41,263 nt of DNA, taken from Deltaproteobacteria bacterium (lineage in GTDB: Bacteria > Desulfobacterota > Desulfuromonadia > Desulfuromonadales > JAAYDE01). The notes under the pieces are model-generated. The model was not told where the DNA came from. It did not search any database and saw only the letters and a program-made list of their open reading frames with translations. Below are positions 1 through 8,653 of the stretch, piece after piece (position 1 is the stretch's first letter; every line of letters starts with the position of its first letter). The position numbers were made by a program, and so were the translations under genes. Location of the stretch: NCBI GenBank assembly GCA_016926265.1, contig JAFGOW010000101.1, forward strand, positions 1-41,263, given 5' to 3'.

Positions 1-143
1 GCAAAAACTCCCTACGGTCAGACAGTTTGCCGCTCTATGAAATCCACCCGAACCGGCGGCGGCATTCCGGCTAAGTCAACAATGGGGTTTTAAAATCTGA
101 AGTTCAAAAGATTTAAAATCCCAGTTTTTCAACAGCCTGCTGG
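1..143. repeat. Truncated non-coding repeat or MITE-like end (cut by window edge)
   Basis: No credible ORF. Imperfect hairpin ggggttttaaaatct...agatttaaaatccc (84-122), ending in gtttttcaacagcctgct, which resembles ends of small intergenic repeats I recall from deltaproteobacteria. The other end is not visible. Confidence 0.35.
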
Positions 144-163
144 GCTCCCAAAACACAACAAGC

Positions 164-245
164 CTGGATTTCCGATAAAAACCTTCGGGAATGACAGGTT
201 GCCATTTGTGTTTTGTCATCCCCGAACGGTCCTGTCGGGGATCCA
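164..245. repeat. REP-like palindromic doublet, copy 1
   Basis: Two inverted units, ctggatttccgataaaaaccttcgggaatgacagg and tgtcatccccgaacggtcctgtcggggatcca. The reverse complement aligns with 18200-18280. Confidence 0.8.
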
Positions 246-350
246 TACCAAAAGGTAGGTCGCCGGACAAGGCGAAAACAAAGGCTTCAATTCAGAAACC
301 AGCTGCTATCGGCTGACCGGTGGGGTTTTCAAACCGTTTCTGCACCGGAA

Positions 351-1235
351 TCAGTCCCGGAAACGCTTGAGCAGGTCCCCGTAGGCGTCGATGCGGCGGT
401 CGCGCAGAAACGGCCAGATCCTTCTCGTCGCTTCCGCTTTGGCCAAATCCAGCGTCGTCACCAGGATTTCTTCCTCTTCCCCGCCGGCCCTGGCCAGGAA
501 AGCCCCCTGGGCATCGGCCACGAAGCTGTTCCCCCAGAATTCAATTCCGTAGTTCTTTTCCGTCGGATGAGGTTCGAAGCCGACCCGGTTGGCGCTGACG
601 ACGGGAATGCCGTTGGCGACGGCATGGGAGCGTTGGATGGTGAGCCAGGCCTGCAACTGGTTCTGCTGATCCGTCCTCTCCTCCCGGGGGTCATAGCCGA
701 TGGCCGTCGGGTAGATCAGCAGCTCGGCCCCAGCCAGAGCCATCAGCCGCGCCGCTTCGGGAAACCACTGGTCCCAGCAGACCAGAATCCCCAGCGTGCC
801 GAGGGAGGTTTTCACCGGCTGAAAACCGAGGTCCCCTGGAGTGAAATAGAATTTTTCGTAATAGCCGGGGTCGTCGGGGATGTGCATCTTGCGGTAGCAG
901 CCGGCGATGGCGCCGTCCTTGTCGAGGACCACCGCCGTGTTGTGGCAGAGGCCGGCGGTGCGGCGTTCGAAGAGCGAAAGCACCAGGGCGATGCCGAGGC
1001 GGCGGGCGACCGCGGCGAAAAAATCGGTGGAGGGGCCGGGGATCGGCTCCGCCAGATCGAAGCGGCTTACGTCTTCGGTCTGGCAGAAGTAGCGGGAGTT
1101 GTGCAGCTCCGGCAGCACCGCCAGCGTCGCGCCTTTCTTGGCGGCCTCGGCCACGGCTGCGGCGCAGTGTTCGCGGTTGGCCCCCAGATCCTCGGAAAAG
1201 GTGAGCTGGAGGACGGCCACGGTCAGGTTGTTCAT
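351..1235 (-). CDS. aguB: N-carbamoylputrescine amidohydrolase (nitrilase family)
   Basis: E-K-C triad motifs LPELH, YRKMHIPDDPGYYEKFYF, VCWDQWFPEAAR; C-terminal WPFLRDRR; overlaps the stop codon of agmatine deiminase. Confidence 0.9.
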   Translation of the reverse strand: MNNLTVAVLQLTFSEDLGANREHCAAAVAEAAKKGATLAVLPELHNSRYFCQTEDVSRFDLAEPIPGPSTDFFAAVARRLGIALVLSLFERRTAGLCHNTAVVLDKDGAIAGCYRKMHIPDDPGYYEKFYFTPGDLGFQPVKTSLGTLGILVCWDQWFPEAARLMALAGAELLIYPTAIGYDPREERTDQQNQLQAWLTIQRSHAVANGIPVVSANRVGFEPHPTEKNYGIEFWGNSFVADAQGAFLARAGGEEEEILVTTLDLAKAEATRRIWPFLRDRRIDAYGDLLKRFRD

Positions 1236-2257
1236 GCCAGGACTCCTTTCGGCAGTTGCATGGTGAGGCAGTGCAGCGAGCCTCCCTGGAGGATCGGCTC
1301 CCGGCAGTCGATGCCGATCAGCTCCCGCTCCGGAAAAACTTCTCCCAGCCTGGTTAAGGCGATTTCGTCCCGCGGGTCTTGGTAAACGGGAACCAGCACC
1401 GCGCCGTTGACGATCAGGAAATTGGCGTAGCTTGCGGCCAGACGGCGGCCGTTCTCATCGTGGATGGGGGCGGGAATCGGCAGGGGAATGAGGCGGTACG
1501 GCCTTCCTGCCGGGGTGCGGAAGGCGGCCAGCTCCGTTTCCATCCGCCTCAGCTCCTCACAATGCTCGTCCCGCTCGTCGTCGCAACTGCTGAAGGCGAT
1601 GACTTCCGGGGAGCAGAAGCGGGCCAGGATATCGACGTGGGCGTCGGTGTCGTCGCCGGCCAGGAAGCCGTGGCGCAGCCAGAAAAAGCGCCGGACCCCC
1701 AGCAGTTCCGAAAGCCTGGCTTCCAGCTCGGCGGGGCCGAGATGGGGATTGCGGTTGGGGTTGAGCAGACAGCGCGCCGTGGTGAGCAGGGTTCCCCGGC
1801 CATCGGAATCGAGGCTCCCCCCCTCCAGCACCAGGCCGGGGCGCATTGCCGGATGGCGGCCGAAGAGCCCTTGGCGCCGCAACTTTTCGGTGATGCGGTT
1901 GTCATTTTCGGCGGAGAATTTTCCCCCCCAGCCGTTGAATTCAAAATCGAGCAGCAGCGGTTCCCCCTCGTGGAAAACGGTGATGGGGCCGAAATCCCTG
2001 GCCCAGGTGTCGTCGGTAGGGACTTCGCACAGCAGCAGGCGATCTTCCGAAAGCCCGGCGGCGGCCAATTCGCGGCGTACTTCTTCAGGATCGGGCGCCA
2101 CCACCACGGCCTTCTCATGGCGGAGAATGGCGCGGAGGAGCTCCCGGAAAACGCGGCGGACGGCGGCGAGGCGGGGAGCCCAGTCGCTCCCTGGGTGAGG
2201 CCAGGCCAGCAGCACGGCGTCCTGCTGCTCCCATTCGGCGGGCAGGCGGGTGGTCAT
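1232..2257 (-). CDS. aguA: Agmatine deiminase (PAD family)
   Basis: Motifs PAEWE, DTWARDFGP, FNGWGGKF, LEGGS, DDTDAHVD, SYANF, GGSLHCLTMQ. Confidence 0.92.
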   Translation of the reverse strand: MTTRLPAEWEQQDAVLLAWPHPGSDWAPRLAAVRRVFRELLRAILRHEKAVVVAPDPEEVRRELAAAGLSEDRLLLCEVPTDDTWARDFGPITVFHEGEPLLLDFEFNGWGGKFSAENDNRITEKLRRQGLFGRHPAMRPGLVLEGGSLDSDGRGTLLTTARCLLNPNRNPHLGPAELEARLSELLGVRRFFWLRHGFLAGDDTDAHVDILARFCSPEVIAFSSCDDERDEHCEELRRMETELAAFRTPAGRPYRLIPLPIPAPIHDENGRRLAASYANFLIVNGAVLVPVYQDPRDEIALTRLGEVFPERELIGIDCREPILQGGSLHCLTMQLPKGVLA

Positions 2258-2396
2258 CGGTTTTTCTCCTCATTTTCCGTTCAAAAAACTCTAGGGGAGT
2301 TTGGCTGGCGATTCAACGAATATCTTTGGAACGGCGCCGCCGCCATCCTTTTTCCCATTGTATTATTGAGTATGTATCTTGCATAAGGTGGGAACC

Positions 2397-3956
2397 ATGA
2401 AGGTCGGGATCAAAAATTTTATCAAGCCCCGCTTTGGCTTGCAGACCGAGATTTTCTTCAATCTCGCCGTTCTGGTGAGCGTGGCGCTGCTTTTTTCCTG
2501 CCTGCTCTGGGTCCGTTTTGCCGAAATCGAGCTGATTTCCCAGCGGATCCAGCTCGCCCAGGAGAAGACCAAGCTGCTGCTTCGGGGCGGCGCCTCCGTT
2601 CCTAGATCTGAAACGGGGGGGGAGCGAGCGGTCCTCAACAGCGTCCGTGCGGCTCTTCAAATGTTTCAGAGCAGTGGCGAGCTGTCCGGGTGGGCGCTTT
2701 ACGACGGCAATCTGCTGAAGGTTGCCGATTACAACGGGCTGGCCATGGCGCCCGTTTCGAGGGCCGAACTGGGGAGACGGCTGCTGGCCGGCGAGGTGGG
2801 GGCCGAGGCTGATTATCCGCCTTTTTCCGGTCTGTTTTTTTTCCTGCCTCCTTTTCGGAATCTCGGCCCGCTCCGGATAACCGGGCCCCTGCCTTTTCGG
2901 CGGGGGGTGGCGGTGATCGATTTTTCCCTCCGGGACATTCCGGAGCGGATCGGTTCCGGGCTCCTCGGTTTTCTGGGTTATGCGGTCCCCGCCTCCCTGA
3001 TCGTGATCGGTTCCGGCATTTTCCTGCTGAGGAAAAACGTCGTGCGGCCGCTGAAGCAGCTCGATGCCAGCGCCGGCCGTGTCGCCACCGGCGACCTGGA
3101 GCATCGGGTGGCTACCGATGGACCTGAGGAGATCTTCTCTCTGGCCGAATCCTTTAATGCCATGATCTGCTCTCTTCGTCAAAAGCGGGCCGAGACGGAA
3201 CGCCATGTCCGGGAGTTGGAAGCGGTCAATGCCGATCTCCGGGAAACCCGTCAGGAACTGATCCAGGCGGAAAAGATGGCTTCCATCGGGCAATTGGCGG
3301 CCGGTTTGGCCCACGAACTCGGCAATCCGCTGGGGGCGGTTCAGGGCTATCTGGAGATTTTGCGCGCCGAAGCCGGCGACGATGCCCAGCAGGATATCGC
3401 CCGGCGGGCGCTGCTGGAAATCGAGCGGGTCAACCGGCTGGTTCGGGACCTTCTCGACTACGCCTCCCCACAGCCCCGGCAGGAGATCGCCGAGCCCTTC
3501 GATCCGGTCGTCGCGGTTCGGGAAGCCGTAGGGATCCTGTCGCGGCAGGATACTCCGGCGGCCATCGCCATCGAGGAACGGCTGCCGGAATCGCTGCCGG
3601 CGCTGAGGCTGCCCCGCCATCAACTGGTCCAGGTGATCCTCAACCTGTTGATGAACGCCCGTGATGCCTCGACCGGCATGGCGCCGATCGTCGTCGCAGG
3701 TGGGGAGGGGGCAGGGGAGGTCTGGCTGTCGGTGGCGGATCGGGGGGAAGGGATCCCCAAGGAAAATCTGCCCCGGCTGTTCGACCCCTTTTTCACCACC
3801 AAGGCGACCGGCAAGGGGCGCGGTCTGGGGCTGGCCATCTGCCGTGGCATCGTGACGGCTGCCGGCGGCCGGATCGAGGTCAGTTCCGAGTGCGGCCGGG
3901 GAACGGTGTTCCGGGTGGTTTTCAGGCAAGGGGAGGAGCGGGCGGATGAAATTTGA
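2397..3956 (+). CDS. Membrane sensor histidine kinase (TM-periplasmic-TM-HAMP-HisKA-HATPase)
   Basis: Two TM segments, HAMP (VVRPLKQL...EEIFSLAESFNAM), H-box AHELGNPL, NLLMNARDA, DRGEGI, FDPFFTTK, GRGLGL. Start moved to ATG 2397. Confidence 0.9.
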   Translation: MKVGIKNFIKPRFGLQTEIFFNLAVLVSVALLFSCLLWVRFAEIELISQRIQLAQEKTKLLLRGGASVPRSETGGERAVLNSVRAALQMFQSSGELSGWALYDGNLLKVADYNGLAMAPVSRAELGRRLLAGEVGAEADYPPFSGLFFFLPPFRNLGPLRITGPLPFRRGVAVIDFSLRDIPERIGSGLLGFLGYAVPASLIVIGSGIFLLRKNVVRPLKQLDASAGRVATGDLEHRVATDGPEEIFSLAESFNAMICSLRQKRAETERHVRELEAVNADLRETRQELIQAEKMASIGQLAAGLAHELGNPLGAVQGYLEILRAEAGDDAQQDIARRALLEIERVNRLVRDLLDYASPQPRQEIAEPFDPVVAVREAVGILSRQDTPAAIAIEERLPESLPALRLPRHQLVQVILNLLMNARDASTGMAPIVVAGGEGAGEVWLSVADRGEGIPKENLPRLFDPFFTTKATGKGRGLGLAICRGIVTAAGGRIEVSSECGRGTVFRVVFRQGEERADEI

Positions 3957-5292
3957 AACCATTCTGGTTGTCGATGACGAAGCCGCCATGCGGCACATGT
4001 TGCGCCTGGTGCTGGAAAAACGCGGCTACCGGGTGCTGGAGGCCGCGGACGGGGAGGCCGCGCTGGAGGCCGTGTCCTCCCAGAGCCCGGACGCGGTGTT
4101 GTGCGATATCCGCATGCCGGGGCGGGACGGCCTCTCTTTCCTCAATGAAATCCGGCGGCAGCATCCCCATCTGACGGTCATCATGATGAGCGCCTACGGC
4201 ACCATCGACACCGCTGTCGAATGCATGAAGCAGGGGGCCTACGATTTTGTCTCAAAACCGTTCAAGACCGACGAGGTGGTGCTGTGCCTCAAAAAGGCCG
4301 AGGAACGCATCGGCCTCCAGCGGGAAAACCTGCTGCTGAAACGGCGGCTCGAGGACCGTGGCGAAGAGCAGTTTATCGGCGCCAGCCCGGCCGTGAAAGA
4401 AATCCGCGAACTCATCGGTCAGGTGGCCGATTCCGCCCTGCCGGTACTGGTGACGGGCGAAACCGGCACCGGCAAGGAGGTGGCGGCGCGCTGTCTGTAT
4501 CGCGCCGGGCGTTGGCGGGAGGGGCCTTTCGTCTCCGTCAACTGCGGGGCGATCTCCTCCGGACTGATGGAAAGCGAACTGTTCGGCCACGCCAAAGGGG
4601 CCTTCACCGGCGCCGACCGGGCGCGGGAGGGGCTGTTTTCCGCCGCCGACGGCGGCATCCTGTTTCTCGACGAAATCGGGGAACTTCCCCTGGAACTCCA
4701 GCCGAAGTTGCTGCGGGTGCTTCAGGAGGGGGAGGTGAGGCCGGTCGGAGAGACCAGGTCTTCCAAGGTCCAGGTCCGGATCGTCGCCGCCACCGCCCGG
4801 GATCTGCATGCAGAGGTGGAAAAAGGGCGGTTTCGCGACGATCTTTTCTACCGCCTCAATGTGGTCGAGATCCACATCCCTCCCCTGCGGGAGCGTCCCG
4901 AGGACATCCCGCTGCTGGCGGAACATTTCATCCGCCGCGTCGCGCTTCAGGAAGGGCGCCGCCCGCCGCTTCTGAAAGAGGACGCGGCGGCGCGCCTGAA
5001 GAGTTTTTCGTGGCCGGGAAACGTCCGGGAGCTGCTCAACTTCATCGAAAAAACGATGATCTTCTGCCGCGGCGAGGAGATCGACGCGGCATCGCTGGCC
5101 CCGGAGCGACGCGGCGACAGCCGCGAACTCCGCGACGGCTACGACCTCAAAGAGGCGGTGCGCCGCATGGAGAAGGAATATATCCGCAAGGCGCTGGCGG
5201 CTACCTCCGGCAACCGCACCCTGGCGGCCCGCCTGCTGGGGATCAGCCTCCGCGCCCTGCAATACAAACTGGCCGAATACCGGCTGGGCTGA
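3946..5292 (+). CDS. Sigma54-dependent response regulator (REC-AAA+-HTH, NtrC family)
   Basis: [46 protein letters not shown], Fis-type HTH; overlaps the kinase stop. Confidence 0.93.
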   Translation: MKFETILVVDDEAAMRHMLRLVLEKRGYRVLEAADGEAALEAVSSQSPDAVLCDIRMPGRDGLSFLNEIRRQHPHLTVIMMSAYGTIDTAVECMKQGAYDFVSKPFKTDEVVLCLKKAEERIGLQRENLLLKRRLEDRGEEQFIGASPAVKEIRELIGQVADSALPVLVTGETGTGKEVAARCLYRAGRWREGPFVSVNCGAISSGLMESELFGHAKGAFTGADRAREGLFSAADGGILFLDEIGELPLELQPKLLRVLQEGEVRPVGETRSSKVQVRIVAATARDLHAEVEKGRFRDDLFYRLNVVEIHIPPLRERPEDIPLLAEHFIRRVALQEGRRPPLLKEDAAARLKSFSWPGNVRELLNFIEKTMIFCRGEEIDAASLAPERRGDSRELRDGYDLKEAVRRMEKEYIRKALAATSGNRTLAARLLGISLRALQYKLAEYRLG

Positions 5293-5294
5293 CC

Positions 5295-5331
5295 ATGAAA
5301 AAATTTGCATGGCGCCGCGCAAAATTTGTGG
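5295..5331 (+). promoter_or_regulatory. Putative tandem enhancer (UAS) sites for the adjacent sigma54 activator
   Basis: Two imperfect dyads, atgaaaaaatttgcat (5295-5310) and gcgcaaaatttgtgg (5317-5331), 22 bp apart and about 130-160 bp upstream of a -24/-12 element. Confidence 0.45.
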
Positions 5332-5455
5332 AACCGGAACCGGAAAAGGAAACCCCGGCATCCCTTCTCGACCGGCAAAGGGAGTCGGCCGGGATAGCCA
5401 AGTTTCTGTTTTTTCAATGTAAATGATGTCGTTAGAGGTGCTGGGACGGAAATTT

Positions 5456-5471
5456 TGGAACGATCTTTGCT
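5456..5471 (+). promoter_or_regulatory. Sigma54 (-24/-12) promoter of the minor pilin operon
   Basis: TGGAACGATCTTTGCT = GG-N10-GC, one mismatch to TGGCACG-N4-TTGC; about 87 bp before the fimT ATG. Confidence 0.75.
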
Positions 5472-5557
5472 TTTCTTTTTGGCGCCTACTGGAAACGCGT
5501 CTGTCGCGGGGCGTTTTCGGTCGATTTTCAACAACCATCGGAGCGGACGTCCGAAAC

Positions 5558-6106
5558 ATGAAAGCCATTGAGAACCAAGAAGGTTTCACCCTGATCGAGA
5601 TCATCGTCACGGTGGTGATCCTGGGGATTGTGCTCACCATCGCGGGAATCAGCTTCAAGGGTCTGCTGTGGAGCAATCAGGTCAAAGTGGCCGTCAACGA
5701 CTACGTCACCACACTGGGCTTCGCCCGCAGCGAGGCGGTGACGCGGGGGCAGGTGGTGGCCGTGTGCCGCAGCATCAACGCCACGGCTGCCAATGTTCCG
5801 GGGACGCCGGTTCCTTCGTGCAGCACGGCGGCCGGAGCCGGATGGGAGACCGGCTATATCGTTTTCGCCGACGCGGACGCGGACGGCGTGCGTGACGCCA
5901 ACGAAGAGCTGCTGCGGATCGTTCCGGGGCAGAGGGGCGGAGTTACTCTGACGGGCGGCAGCGCCAACGTGACAAATGTCATCCGTTACGCCGGCACCGG
6001 GTTTCTCACCGGCAGTGGCGAGGGCGTGGTAACGGTTTCCAACAATGATCATACCTTCCAGGTACAGATTTCCCCCACGGGGCGTGTCAGGACGCAACGG
6101 CCATGA
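5558..6106 (+). CDS. fimT: Type IV minor pilin FimT/FimU (GspH-like)
   Basis: Class III signal QEG|FTLIE; ARSEAVTRGQVVAVC; W-x-x-GYIVFAD; C-terminal ISPTGRV. Start ATG 5558. Confidence 0.85.
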   Translation: MKAIENQEGFTLIEIIVTVVILGIVLTIAGISFKGLLWSNQVKVAVNDYVTTLGFARSEAVTRGQVVAVCRSINATAANVPGTPVPSCSTAAGAGWETGYIVFADADADGVRDANEELLRIVPGQRGGVTLTGGSANVTNVIRYAGTGFLTGSGEGVVTVSNNDHTFQVQISPTGRVRTQRP

Positions 6107-6579
6107 AAAATTATTTCAGTTACGAATCCCATTCCTCGGTTTCGCAGCGGCAACCCTCCCGAAGAGGGAGACTCCAGGCCGGTTTCACCCTGATCGAGAT
6201 CCTGGTGGCCCTGCTGGTCTTGTCCGTGGGCTTGCTGGGCCTGGCCGGGATGCAGGCGCGGGGGCTGCAGAACAACCAGAATGCTTTTCTGCGCTCGCGG
6301 GCGGTGCAGGGCGGCGCCGACATCCTCGACCGCATGAGGGCCAACCTCGATCCGGCCCTCAACGGGAACTACAATATTGCCAAGGCGGAGGCCCCGGCCG
6401 AGCCCGCCGGCGGCGCGACCATGGCCCAGATCGATCTGTGGCAATGGAAGCGTGGCCTGGCAGCTTCCCTGCCGCTCGGCGACGGCCTGGTTGCTGTGGC
6501 AGCCAACATCGCAACCATCACTGTCTTCTGGACGGAAGGAAACGAAGAACGCATCGTGACATTGGTGACGAGACTATGA
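6103..6579 (+). CDS. pilV: Type IV minor pilin PilV
   Basis: QAG|FTLIEILVALLVLSVGLLGLAGMQ; DILDRMRAN; DLWQW...LPLGDG; overlaps neighbours by ATGA. Confidence 0.88.
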   Translation: MKNYFSYESHSSVSQRQPSRRGRLQAGFTLIEILVALLVLSVGLLGLAGMQARGLQNNQNAFLRSRAVQGGADILDRMRANLDPALNGNYNIAKAEAPAEPAGGATMAQIDLWQWKRGLAASLPLGDGLVAVAANIATITVFWTEGNEERIVTLVTRL

Positions 6580-7688
6580 AAAATCTTTTCAAAGAAATGA
6601 AAGCGCGGTTGTGCGGCCAGGCCGGCATCGGGATCGTGGAACTGCTGGTCGCCCTGACCATCGGTCTGATCCTGATGGGAGGCATTTTCCAGGTCTTCGT
6701 GGGAAGCACCACCACCTACTCCTTCACCGAAGACCTCTCCCGGCTCCAGGAAAACGGCCGCTTCGCCCTCCATATCCTGAAGCGCGAGGTGCGGGAAGCG
6801 GGGTTCTTGGGGTGCCTGCAGGATGTCGGCTCCTTCAAGAATACGCTCAATAATCCCGACAATTTCGCCTATGATTTTTCCGAAGCGATCTACGGCCTCG
6901 ATGCCAACGGTGGAAATTGGGCCGATGACGCCGGCGCAGTCGATCCTGCTCTGGCCGGCACCGCCAACATGGGTCTGCCCGCCGACCGGCTCCCGCTGGC
7001 GGGCAGCGATATTTTGGTGCTGCGCGGGGTCCGCGCCGACATCGCCGCTATCGAGGTGGGAATGCCGCCGACCTCCGCCGATCTGAAGATGACCGCCGGC
7101 CTGGCGGCCGCCGGTATTCTGAAAGAAGGGGGCGGGGATATCCTGCTGATCACCGACTGTGAGGGGGCCGCCGTCTTCCAGACTACCCAGTACGTCGATA
7201 ACAACGGAAACGCCAACCACAACACCGGCGTCGGCGTCCCCGGCAACTCGACCAAGGCTCTCAGCGATAAGCCAGGGCACAGTTTCGGGGAAGGTTCCAC
7301 GGTCTATTTCCCGCAGACGGTGACTTTTTACCTCAGCAACAACGACGCCGGGCAGCCCTCCCTCTACCGGCAGATCAACCAGGGAGCGCCTGTCGAACTG
7401 GTGGACGGGGTGGAGAACATGCAGGTGGTTTACGGCGAGGACACCGACGGCGACCGGCTCGCCGATCGTTATGTGGCCGCCACCGCCGTGACCGACTGGG
7501 GAAACGTCGTCAGTGCGCGGGTCGGGTTGCTGATGCGGACCGTCGATGAGATCCTGCGGGGTCCGGTGGACAACAATCGATACGATGTCGATGGGGACGC
7601 GGTCCTGGAATACAACGCGCCCGGCAACGACCGGCGGCTGAGGATGGTCGTCCGAGGCACCATGGGGCTGCGCAACCGTCTGCGCTGA
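6576..7688 (+). CDS. pilW: Type IV minor pilin PilW
   Basis: QAG|IGIVELLVAL; SRLQENGRFAL...REAGFLGC; ELVDGVENMQVVYGEDTDGD; ends LRN. Start ATG 6576 overlaps the pilV stop. Confidence 0.88.
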   Translation: MKNLFKEMKARLCGQAGIGIVELLVALTIGLILMGGIFQVFVGSTTTYSFTEDLSRLQENGRFALHILKREVREAGFLGCLQDVGSFKNTLNNPDNFAYDFSEAIYGLDANGGNWADDAGAVDPALAGTANMGLPADRLPLAGSDILVLRGVRADIAAIEVGMPPTSADLKMTAGLAAAGILKEGGGDILLITDCEGAAVFQTTQYVDNNGNANHNTGVGVPGNSTKALSDKPGHSFGEGSTVYFPQTVTFYLSNNDAGQPSLYRQINQGAPVELVDGVENMQVVYGEDTDGDRLADRYVAATAVTDWGNVVSARVGLLMRTVDEILRGPVDNNRYDVDGDAVLEYNAPGNDRRLRMVVRGTMGLRNRLR

Positions 7689-7704
7689 CAGGAGACCGAT
7701 CGTC

Positions 7705-8244
7705 ATGAAACGTATAGCAATTTTGGGGGATGAACGGGGAGCGGTTCTGATCACCGGCCTGGTGATGCTGCTGCTTTTGACCCTGATGGGGGTCGTCTCC
7801 ATGCAGACGACGACGCTGGAGGAGAAGATGGCGGGGAATCTCGAGCAGCAGGATCTGGCCTTCCAGGCCGCCGAGGCCGGCCTGCGCGACGCCGAGGAGT
7901 GGCTCGACAACACCGTGGTGCTGCCCGCCTTCAACGGCGCCGGCGGCCTTTTCCAGGCGGCGGGAATGGGCGAGACCCCGGTCTGGGAAACCGTCAACTG
8001 GAAGGCGGAAGTCAACGGCAACTTCCTCACCTATCGGGATGCCGACCTGGACGAAGTTTTCAAACAAGCCAACCGGCCGCGCTACATCATCGAGTTCATG
8101 ACCGAGGTGGTGCTCGATTCCTCCGATTCGCTGAAAGTGGCGCCCGATCCCGACGACAAGCAGGGCTCCTACCGCATCACCAGCCGCGGCATCAGCCCCA
8201 ACACACGGGGCGAGGTGATCCTGCAGACGACCTTTATCCGCTGA
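7705..8244 (+). CDS. pilX: Type IV minor pilin PilX
   Basis: ERG|AVLITGL (no Glu5, as usual for PilX); LEEKMAGN...AFQAAEAGLRDAE; PRYIIE; YRITSRG. Confidence 0.9.
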   Translation: MKRIAILGDERGAVLITGLVMLLLLTLMGVVSMQTTTLEEKMAGNLEQQDLAFQAAEAGLRDAEEWLDNTVVLPAFNGAGGLFQAAGMGETPVWETVNWKAEVNGNFLTYRDADLDEVFKQANRPRYIIEFMTEVVLDSSDSLKVAPDPDDKQGSYRITSRGISPNTRGEVILQTTFIR

Positions 8245-8280
8245 TCCTGCATGGCTTTTAACGACAAAACGAGGTGAAAA

Positions 8281-8583
8281 ATGAGGTTATCCGTTCTGTT
8301 TTCGACCCTGTTGGCGACCATCCTGCTGCTGACGGCGCCGGTGGACGCCCGCTTCATCCCTTCCGGAAACGTGACCGCGGTTTACCCCGAGCATCACCGG
8401 GTGACCATCGACCGCCAGACCTGCCGCATCAGCTCCGACACCCTGATCGACAGCGTTTCCCGGCCGGGAGTTGCTTTGAGTATCGGTGATCTGCAAAAGG
8501 GGCAGAAGGTATTTTATGAGTTGTCTCCCAAAAAGGGGCTGGAGCCCGAACTGAAGCGGATCACCATCCGGGATGTGGATTGA
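8281..8583 (+). CDS. Small exported beta-barrel protein, PilY2-like
   Basis: Sec signal peptide (ends VDA|R). Pattern F-x3-G-x-V-x2-V-x2-E-x3-V-x-ID-x4-R...L-x2-G-x2-V-x-Y...I-x-I matches P. aeruginosa PilY2 as recalled. Confidence 0.6.
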   Translation: MRLSVLFSTLLATILLLTAPVDARFIPSGNVTAVYPEHHRVTIDRQTCRISSDTLIDSVSRPGVALSIGDLQKGQKVFYELSPKKGLEPELKRITIRDVD

Positions 8584-8653
8584 AGAAAAGACAAATTCAT
8601 TTTTTCTCCACTGCGGCTACAGGGAGAAGAGACCTGATTGAAAGGATGCGGCC

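Noticed and set aside
213-2386. Long plus-strand ORFs 213-1385, 1379-2386, 1464-2198
   Set aside because: Antisense shadows of aguB/aguA, expected in GC-rich DNA; no motifs.
5330-5410. c-di-GMP-I riboswitch before fimT
   Set aside because: Only a short gatagcc resemblance; the two-hairpin core with its conserved motifs is absent, and the region lies upstream of the predicted promoter.
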